From IMG/VR virus record IMGVR_UViG_3300047554_000255, positions 32,001 to 96,000 of that record: DNA of 64,000 nucleotides, one strand, 5' to 3'. The translations under genes and the position numbers were made by a program. The notes beneath the pieces are model-generated. The model was not told where the DNA came from, did no database searches, and saw only the letters and a program-made list of their open reading frames with translations. Shown here piece by piece: positions 8,313 through 18,100 of the stretch. Each line of letters begins with the position of its first letter. The first letter of the stretch is position 1. Origin of the DNA: a virus.

Positions 8313-11300
8313 TATCTAACGTTACCCATTCGACCTGAGTAGTAAATTATACGGTTGACGTTATTAACATAAGGTAAGGACTTACTAATCTTTAATAAAG
8401 TTCTCTCACCATCATATTCTAATGTACCCTCTTCATCTGTCTTCTCAACACGAGCAAGATAATATGTTGTTGCTACAACAGCATCTCTTGTTTGATTAAG
8501 AGTAGCTGTTATTGGTACAGCATTCTGTAATAGTTCAGAGAAAGAGAACGGGTTAATATAATATGTTAAGTCACGATTTAATAGAGTAAGCTGATTAAGT
8601 AATATGTTTGCATACTTCTTATCTTCATCGTCCTCATCATCACCTCCAATAGCAAGCTTTAATGCTAAGTAAGTCGCTGCTAGTACTACAATAGCTGCAA
8701 GCTCCATCATCATCTTTCTGATATTTGCAACCTGCATCTTATCTAATCCTTCAACTTCTCCTTTTGTTATAGCATCAATGATCTCTGATATTGATTCCTT
8801 TATTCTTAGACCATCATCGTTTATGAAGTTACCAAAGAATGTTTTATAGTATCCCTCTGTATCTCTCTCTAGTATAGGATCGTGACGCTTAGTCTCAAAA
8901 CGAGTAGCTAATGTTTCAGGCAACCATGATCTAAAGACGAATAAGATACGACCAATGATATTATCTTTACCAGCTAATGACTGAACATCACCAGAGAAAC
9001 CATGAAGCTTCTTTGAGATCTGATTAATCTTTAGCATTGATTTATCATATACTTCATCAAAGGTTTTACCACCATTTGCTTCCATATCCCACTCACCAAA
9101 CTTTTCAGTATCTATGTTAAGATCTTTATCCATGATCTCAAATAGATTAAACTCTCCTTTTGTTGTCTTAACTTTTGTGTTTAACAACATAGCAATAGCC
9201 GTCTGAGATCTAAAGAAATAATCTGTTGACTTCATCAAACTAAATGGACTAGGAATAGCACTCTTGATAGTATCAAGCATACTTCTACCGTTTAATCCTT
9301 TTATTGCATGAGCAAAGGTATTATCTTCTCCTTCAATAGTCTTAGTGTCAAGCATCATACGCAAAATCTTTTCAGACTGCTCTGACTCAATGGTTCCCCA
9401 TGATACATATTTAGCAACAGATGTCTTTAGTATAGAGGTTGCTTTTCTTAGTTGTGCTGAATCAAAGTCTTCTTTACCATAAGCATGTATCTGGTTATTG
9501 ACACCACCAACAGCTAAGTTTCGAACAGCTGAGAATGGGTTTAATGCAATACCTTTCTCTCTTGTAAACTTATTAAAAGCATCAAAGAAGCTACTAATAC
9601 TTAAGTTTCTACCACCAAGTTCATAATAAGCATCTGTCTTTTCTGTTATCTGACGTTCAATACTTTTCCGCTCAGCAGTTGTTAACGAGCGATTGTTCTC
9701 TAACTCTTGTGATAATGCTTCAAGTTCTTTCTCAAGAGCTTTTGCTTGCTTATACTTCTCAGACTTATATGTTCCAAGTGTTAATAACTCAAGTGAGTTG
9801 TAAAAAGGTCTGTCCATTACTCCTTCTGCTTCAGGAGTTATTCTATAGAATGATCTTAGTACAGTACTTTGAACCATCTCTTGTAAGACTTTTGGAGCCT
9901 CACTAACAACAACATCTCCTTTTAAACGTACATTCTTTGTTGAAGAAGTAGCACCTTGAACAATATTGTTGATCGTATCAACAGTATCCTGAACCTCAAT
10001 CTTATGTTTATAGATAAGAGCCATGTCACTGAACAGCTTTGCAATAAGATTTAAGTCTGTACTGCGTTGTTCAACTGGAACGTTCTCGTTTATAAAACGT
10101 GGCGTGAAACCATAACGTGTTACGCCGCTAATAGGATCAGCTTTACCTGCTGTCTTGTAATCGATTGTAGTTAAGTTTTTAAAAAACCACTCATCGATAC
10201 CTTTCATGCCTTCTTTAAGACCAGACAAACCATACTCTTTACTTAATCTTTCTGTTACAACAGGTAAGAAGTTAGACTGCAAAGAGTCAATCTCATCTTG
10301 TGGAAGATAAGACAACTGTTGCTTCATAAAGTCACGGAAGAAAACATAGAACTCATATAAGTCTTTATCTGCTGCAATCCTAGCAAAGTCTTGGTCATAG
10401 TAGTTACTATTAGTACCATTAACTATCTTACGTGGAATCTTGATAGAGTACTTACTGCCTTTTGTTACGGTTGCTCGATCAAACTTTAGCGTACCATTAA
10501 TCAAAGCATTGTATGCTAACGGATCATTGATCTTCTTCCACTCTTCAACTTGCTTCTCTATATACTCTTCGTCAGTACCATCCTCTGGTTGTAATACAAC
10601 AATACCTTTTATAATATCATCTTGCAAACTAATAGAGAATGTTTCTGCATCAGTAAGATACTGAGAGTAACGAGCTCGTGCTTGTTTAACAAAGTCATTT
10701 ATCTCTTCTGCAGTAAAGCCTTGATTCTTAAGATCGTTTATTACATTAAGTCTTTGCTCATCAGTAAAAGCACTTGTGTTAATAAAAGGAGCTGAGTTAA
10801 AAGCAATTGTGTGTTCTTTAACCCATTGGTTATGCTCAGCCCATACAGCAGCAACAACTTCTTTGTTATCTTTTGCTGTATCAAGATTCTCTTTTAACTG
10901 ACGGTATCTTCTTTTTATAGACTCATACCACTCCTGAGAGAAACGACCTTTAAATCCAAGAGTTTTGATAGGTTCACCAAAAGGATTCTTAGTCTCTTGC
11001 TGCTTAATAAACAGATCAAACCCGTTCTCTTTGAACAAAGGATTATCCATGATCTTTGCAGTTGCTTCGTCAATCTTTTTGTGATTACGGTTATGCTCTT
11101 TTTCAATACGCATATTAACCTCAGTGATCAACTTAGCTAGGTATCCAACAAGCTTGTTATCAACAGTTGTGATATCACGAGCTTTTGCTTTCCAATAGCT
11201 GACATCTTTCATTGCTTCGATGTCTTTTATTGTAACCTCTTGACCTTCACCAACATTCTTGTTGATTGCTTTTAGTATCTCGTTCTTTGCAAAGTAAGCA

Positions 11301-12133
11301 ATACGATTGTTAAAAGACTGAGCTGCATCATTAATCTCTATTAGAGTATCCCTAGTAGTAAAAGTACCATCTGAATCAGCAGGTACCTCCATGATGTTTG
11401 GAATATTAAACAAACGTTCCATGTTTGTCCAGGTCTTTATAATATCATCAGCAAGTAATAACTCACTTAATGATACAACAGAACCAGACAACATCTCTTT
11501 TATTGTTTGGATATCAGCTAAACCTTGAGCAACAACAATCTTAATGCTGTTCTCTTTTTGTAATGTATCTATCTGAGTCTCAAGACGTTTGATCAAAGCA
11601 TTATAATACTTTTCACGCTCAATCTTCTGCTCTTTTGAATACTCTTTGTTTAGCTTAGCTCTTTCTCTTGCATCAACATGTTGCTTGATACGATCTTTTA
11701 ACTCATCACGCATCAACTTAACTGTTGGAAGCAATCCTTTTATAGACTTAACTCTTCGTGAAGATAACTTAACATCTAATGGATGAGTGAACTCAATGAA
11801 GTCAAAGATAGAACGAGTAAGTCCATCCTTTGTAATAGTATAATCAGCATTAATCTTTGGCTCTTCTACCCACTGACCATACCATGACTGGAACTTTGGT
11901 GTGTACAACGTAAGATAAATACCTAAAGCTTGCTCACTAGGATCAGTAGTATTCTTTATGTACTTACCTACATGCTTTTGCAACGAAGCATTGATGTTTC
12001 CACCATGCTCCGCTGGAAGACCTTTAGTCTCAATCCCAGATAATATATCGTAATAAGCAGTTGATACTGTCTTCCCATCAGGTAGACGCACATCTGTGAT
12101 TAAGTTATTCTTTCTTTTAATAAGGCAAGCCAT
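8312..12133 (-). CDS. giant virion ejection/cargo protein (third of the crAss giant trio)
   Basis: 1273 aa, directly downstream of the vRNAP gene. It has an N-terminal YTPKFQSWYGQW polyvalent-protein-like motif and a C-terminal hydrophobic helix LAAIVVLAATYLALKLAI followed by DDEDDED. The only Cys is residue 3. Confidence 0.75.
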   Translation of the reverse strand: MACLIKRKNNLITDVRLPDGKTVSTAYYDILSGIETKGLPAEHGGNINASLQKHVGKYIKNTTDPSEQALGIYLTLYTPKFQSWYGQWVEEPKINADYTITKDGLTRSIFDFIEFTHPLDVKLSSRRVKSIKGLLPTVKLMRDELKDRIKQHVDARERAKLNKEYSKEQKIEREKYYNALIKRLETQIDTLQKENSIKIVVAQGLADIQTIKEMLSGSVVSLSELLLADDIIKTWTNMERLFNIPNIMEVPADSDGTFTTRDTLIEINDAAQSFNNRIAYFAKNEILKAINKNVGEGQEVTIKDIEAMKDVSYWKAKARDITTVDNKLVGYLAKLITEVNMRIEKEHNRNHKKIDEATAKIMDNPLFKENGFDLFIKQQETKNPFGEPIKTLGFKGRFSQEWYESIKRRYRQLKENLDTAKDNKEVVAAVWAEHNQWVKEHTIAFNSAPFINTSAFTDEQRLNVINDLKNQGFTAEEINDFVKQARARYSQYLTDAETFSISLQDDIIKGIVVLQPEDGTDEEYIEKQVEEWKKINDPLAYNALINGTLKFDRATVTKGSKYSIKIPRKIVNGTNSNYYDQDFARIAADKDLYEFYVFFRDFMKQQLSYLPQDEIDSLQSNFLPVVTERLSKEYGLSGLKEGMKGIDEWFFKNLTTIDYKTAGKADPISGVTRYGFTPRFINENVPVEQRSTDLNLIAKLFSDMALIYKHKIEVQDTVDTINNIVQGATSSTKNVRLKGDVVVSEAPKVLQEMVQSTVLRSFYRITPEAEGVMDRPFYNSLELLTLGTYKSEKYKQAKALEKELEALSQELENNRSLTTAERKSIERQITEKTDAYYELGGRNLSISSFFDAFNKFTREKGIALNPFSAVRNLAVGGVNNQIHAYGKEDFDSAQLRKATSILKTSVAKYVSWGTIESEQSEKILRMMLDTKTIEGEDNTFAHAIKGLNGRSMLDTIKSAIPSPFSLMKSTDYFFRSQTAIAMLLNTKVKTTKGEFNLFEIMDKDLNIDTEKFGEWDMEANGGKTFDEVYDKSMLKINQISKKLHGFSGDVQSLAGKDNIIGRILFVFRSWLPETLATRFETKRHDPILERDTEGYYKTFFGNFINDDGLRIKESISEIIDAITKGEVEGLDKMQVANIRKMMMELAAIVVLAATYLALKLAIGGDDEDDEDKKYANILLNQLTLLNRDLTYYINPFSFSELLQNAVPITATLNQTRDAVVATTYYLARVEKTDEEGTLEYDGERTLLKISKSLPYVNNVNRIIYYSGRMGNVR

Positions 12134-12135
12134 AC

Positions 12136-15100
12136 TTATTTACATTGATTGTTTAAAGAGTAGTCACTAAGATTATCTGTCGCTGCACTAAACAAGGTTG
12201 TTTGACCTGTAGTATCTGTACTGTCTTCAGTCTTTGTATCAACAACACTAAGCAAGTTAGTAATATTTTTTATACCTTGATCTAATACTGAGTCAGTTTT
12301 TACATCCATACCTAATGCTTTTGTTAAAGCTTGAAGTAAACGCTTTAATATATCAGCAAACTTAAACGTCACTGTCTTCTTTGATGAGTCAACAGAAACT
12401 CCATTCATAAACTCCTGGAACTTCTTATCAGTCATTAACATACTAACAAACTCATGTTCGCTTGTTAAGCCGTAGTACATGCTCTTCTCGTCTTCTGTAA
12501 GAGTGTTAGCATCACTATCTTCAAACACAGAGTTAGAAACTTTTGCAATAACAGCCTTTAGTTTTTCAGCATGCTCTGGATTTGATAATAAAGACTCTCT
12601 TGTTAATAGATATAACTGCTTAATAGAAGCTGCATACATACGCTCTTCTTTAATCTTATAAGCAGAAGCCTTACCACTTAACTTGAACAATGACTGAGCT
12701 GTATATCCATGTAATAACTCATGAACAATAGCATCCTCAAGATTTTCACTTCTTGACTTAGCACTGTTACTTTGTAGTACAAGATCAGGATTAATCACAA
12801 TCTGATTAGTTACTGTATTGTATATCGCAGGATCAGAGATAGTATTTAACAATACAACTGATATTTTATTCACATCACCAGTAAACTTAAGTGAGTCAAT
12901 CAATACTTTGTAGAACTCATTAGATGTATTAGCTCTTACCTTTGTTAGAACAGAAGCAAGTGTATTAACACCTTCAGCATCAGGAATATAATCTTCTATT
13001 ACAGAAGTATCAGATGCTATTGGAGATCCGTTAGAAGCATTTGTATCTTCACCACTTAAGAATATCTCAGGATCAGAAGGCATATCAGCAAAACTAAACA
13101 AGTCCATACTAGCAACTACAACATCATCATCCATCTGAGGAATAAATGTATCCTCAGCAAATAAATCAGTAGGCTCTTGTGTAGGGATAGCTTCTCCGTA
13201 TTCTAGCTTAATATTATTAAACTGACCAATCTCAGAAGCTTTATATCCTTTTGCTTCAAGATAGTTCTTTACAAGAGTATTGATACCTTCTGCTTTACTG
13301 TATAATACAACAGATGCTTTTGCTTTTATAATACTCTCAAGCATTGGAACATATAGATCCTCAAACATTGGAGATAACTTATCAATAGCTTCGTTTCTTG
13401 TAATATGGTTAAGCTTAGCATCAGGTGATAATACCTCAATGAATCGCTCACCAGATACAAGAACTACATCTTTATCAGTATACTCACCTGTATTAATGTT
13501 TCCTTTATAACGTGATGATAAAATATTATGCTTGTTCGTAGGATTGTTAGCATCATAAGGGAATGATACTGCCGTAGTTGCATAATTAGATAACTCAATC
13601 TCATCAACAACAAGACTAGTATTACCTGCAAACCCAATAAATGGATTGGTATCAGCTGTAATAATCTTCTCAAGCTTCTGACTTGGTAACAAGTTACTAA
13701 AGTCAACAGAGCGCATTGTTGCTGGATTAACACCTAACTGATATTCATATGCTGAGTTGTTTCCTAGTGTTTGTATTCTCTTGTATGAGTTTTCTCCAAT
13801 ACGTTTAAATAATAGTATTTGACTATTAACATAGTAACGCAAGAACTTAGGGAATGTTGGTACTGTATTCTTATAACCTTCAAGCGACTGGAAAGAACTG
13901 TTTATAAGCAAATGAGTCATGTTTTTTGGTAAAGTATAAATACTTTCTCCTCTTGAATCTTTTGTTACAGTATTTGCATTTGTCAACGCTTTATATGCAT
14001 CCTTATCAATATAAGAAGCCATATCAGGATTATTCATGATATACTGCTCATAGAAGTTATCAACGTTTTGTCTAAACGTGTCATAGAACTTACCAATGAA
14101 ATCTGTGTGCTGCTTATTAAGCAATCTTACTTCAATAGGAATGTATCTAAAGAACGAAGCTTTATCTGCAACAGATCCACTAACAAACGCATACTTGATT
14201 AAGTCTTTACCAATACTTGCTATCTCAGGATCTTCGTTTAGCATTAAGTCTAAGAAGCCTTTATTGTTTGCAAGCTCGTCAATGTCTTGACTAAATGGAG
14301 ACTTATACTCTACTGATTTAATACTTAATCTTGTTTTACCTGCTGGTATAACGGGTTTTAATCTAGCAAAGAAGTAGTTGTTCTTTAACTCTGGATACTT
14401 GATGTTTAAGGCAAGAATACGCTCAGCTAAAGAAGGATTTTGTTCTGTACCAACAAGAAGTCTATATCTCTCTTCTTCCATATCACCAGTAATAAAACCA
14501 GCTTCTGGGCTACTGTAGATATATGCTTTCAAGTTGCTAAGAACATCTTCAGCTAAAGCATTAAACTTAATTCGACCATAGTTGTCAACACCACCTTTGC
14601 CCTTGTTCTTTTGAGTAACGATCTCTTCTAATAAGTTCTGGAATACTGTATCAAAGTGAATAGGAGATACCTTACTTAATACCTTATATGCTAAGAAGAT
14701 ACTATTCTTCACAGCATGACCAGTCTGAGTAGTTGGTGTAAAGTCAACGCTTTCACTAATTGGATCAGTCTCAAACTTACCAAAGATAGTATCGATGTTT
14801 AATAATCTATCAACAACTACAGGATCTCTTTTTAATGGCTTAATAACAACAGGTAAGCCTTCGCCGTATTGAGTATCAGCAGCTTTTGCAATACTCTGGA
14901 ACTTACGATACTTACTTAGTAAAGTAAACAAGTTAGATCCAATACCTTGACTAATAACGTTACTGTTATTTAATAATGTTGATTGAGGTGTGCTGTAAGC
15001 ATGTAGTGTCTCATAGTAAGTAAGAATAGATAACTGCTTCATGATAAACTCATCAAGTGCTTTTCTATCTTCTGGCTTAAAGTTGATATCTGCTGGCGAA

Positions 15101-18100
15101 TAAGCAAGCATGAGTTGATTCAACTTAGGTCGCAGTACTACTTCCTCTTTTAAAAGATCAAGAAGCTCTTTCGGATTAAGTACTGGCATAGCACCAATAT
15201 TCTCTTCTGTTGCAAGCTCTTTCGCATTTGGACTTAATAGATTAATAAAATGTCTCTTAACATCAGCAATGATCTCAGATGTATACTTCTTTTGTCCAAT
15301 AGCAAAACTATCTTTTGATATCTCTTCTTGTTCGTTAAGATACTTAACAATAAACTGAGGGAAGAAACGTGTTACGTAACGTAAGTCAGCAATCTCACCA
15401 CTGTTAGAACTTAATGACATAAGTAACTTAGCTGGCGCCATTGAGGCACTATTCAAGTTAAATACGTTAAGGTTCTTATTCTTTGCGTTGTCTAATGATT
15501 CGTTAAGAGTAGCAGAAGCATTCTGAGTCTTTGATCTTGTTAATGTCTTACCCGTAGCATCGCTCTTAAATGTAGTATTACCTTCTGCAGTTAGATAGCT
15601 AAGATTTACAATCTCACCGCTATCTTTCTTAATGTTAATACCAGCAGAAAAACCAACAGTCTTTTTGTCTTGATGTTCAGCAAGGAATGATAATAGCTGA
15701 GCAAAGATACCTGTACCTAGTTTACCACTTCTATTATCTAAGAACGTATTAATCTGAGTATTGTAATCAAACGGTAAGAAGTTAACTGGTAATGTTGCAA
15801 TACCTTCTTTATAGAATAACTCTTTCTCATCGTTGTAATCAGACAAGTCAATAGATGACGTAATCTTATCAAACGTTGTTGGGTGAGTAAGTACTGACCA
15901 GTGTATATCTTTATACATCTCAAACAACTGCTCTTCTGATAAAGACTTTGGATCAAAGTTTTTAAAATCGCTAATAGACGACTCGTAAGCAACTGGCTCA
16001 ATAGATTCAATCTGTGACTTCTGTGCTTTTATCTTATCGTTTATAGCAGTTAACTCAGCAGCTCTTTGACTCTTGATCTTATACTTTGTTTGATTAAGCT
16101 TCTTACGCTCCGTACCATTAGCTACTTCATTATAAACAGCAGATCTCTTCTCATACAAACCATCAAGAATACGTTGCTTTTGCTCACGCTCTTTCTCACC
16201 TAGATTCTTATAACCTAAACGAGCTCTATACTTTTCAATACTTTCATTAAGCTTTGCGATCTCGAACTGTTGCTCACTATTAAGAAGCTTTGCTAAATCA
16301 CCATCTACTTTTTCTAACTCTTCTTTGTACTTGTTCTTTATAGCTTCTTTCTCTTTTGTAAGCTCATCTATTAACTTAGATGCAGAATCCTTGTAAGTAT
16401 ACTTAGGATTAGATAGATATGCGTATAACTTATCAACGTCAAAGTCAGAACCCATTTGTGCTGTAATACCATCAGGAACAATAATAGTGTTCTCCATATA
16501 TGATGGTAAGAAACCAGCAACTTCAATAGGAAGCATTGATGAGTGTAGCTGATTTGGAATACGTGCACCAATAAGTTGTAATAACTTTCTTGGAATACGT
16601 GTACTATCAAGAATCAATCTACCGTTCTCATCTTTTGTAGCAAAATCTTTTATGTTTATAAGCTTTCCGTTCTCATCCTTTAAGAACTGAGACATGAATA
16701 CTTGTGCTGCTTGTACTTCACCTTTCTTTACCTTCCCACCTTTAGCTACAGTATCAGCTTCTTTTCTGATATACTGTAATCCTTTTGATGCATCATACAC
16801 TTCTGTATAAACAATCTCACTCTTTAGCTTATCAGATAACTCACCCTCTTTAATCTTTGTACCAACTGCAGATACTTGTACTAATGATGTACCAGTAAGC
16901 TTTAGCTTCACTACTTTACTAAAGATAGATGTAAGTAATCCTTCGAACTTAGAGCTGTTTGATAATAGATATACAGGTATAACTAACTTACCGTCTTTGT
17001 TTGTTGCAATAGAACGGATATCGTTTATACTTAAGTTACGAGAAACTGCTTCTTCTTTTAATAAGTTAGCAAGACTTCTCTCACTCTTGAAAGAAACATA
17101 CTCATCAGTTATTGAAACACCTATTCTATCAAGAAGCTCTTCAGCATTGCCTTCAAATAAAGCAACACGAATCTGTTCTTTCAATCCTTTTAACTGAGCT
17201 GCAGTAAGTTTCTTACCTGCAAACATAAAGTCAAGAACATTATCAAGACCTTCGAATAACTGACGGTCCATCTGACTAACAACGTTAATCATCTCTTTTT
17301 GATGAGGAATCTCTTGTTGTGTACGAAGACCTTCTCTTGAAAGAGTCTGCACGTTAGAAGAGAACTCAGCTTCAGATGGCTCAATAAAGTTACCATTATC
17401 ATCAAACACTTCTAGTGTCGATATTGGAGCACCTGTTTTTGTTGCCGTCTTAAATGCAGCAGAACCAACGTTGTTTTTCTCCATGAATACACGAAGCTTA
17501 TCCATCTCTGAATCGCGTGTGTTATCTGGAATAAGAGGATATGCTGAAGACTTAACGTAGTTAATCTCATTAAAACCATCAGTCTCAGAGTTAGAAGAGT
17601 GTACAGGCTTTGTTGGCTGTAATACAAAACCTAACTCAATATCAGATAAAGAGTAATCAAAGGTTTTCTTCTTACGAGCTTCTGCTATCTTATCAGAAAT
17701 ACTCTCATAAATATCTAAAGGTATTCTACCCTCAGACATCATACGATTAATATGCTCTTGTAATGTAACAAACTCCTGAGCATCCGTTGTTTCAATCTTG
17801 CTAAACTGATCGTTAGACTTAATCACGTCTTTTAACGTAATCATCTTGTATAAAGATACATCAACAATCTTTCCCTTTGTGCTTTGCCAAGTTGTGGTAC
17901 CCTGAGAACCAGGAGCAATAAACATAGCAGCACGTTTTGAGAACTCATCAACTGTACTTAGTACTGTACCGTTAAGAACATCGTTTATAATATTACGTTT
18001 GCTCTGCTCTTCTGGTGTCATCTCAGTTGATACATTGTATGACAATAACTGATTAACAGTCATTGACTCACCAAATACCTCTTTGATTTGATCAGCACTA

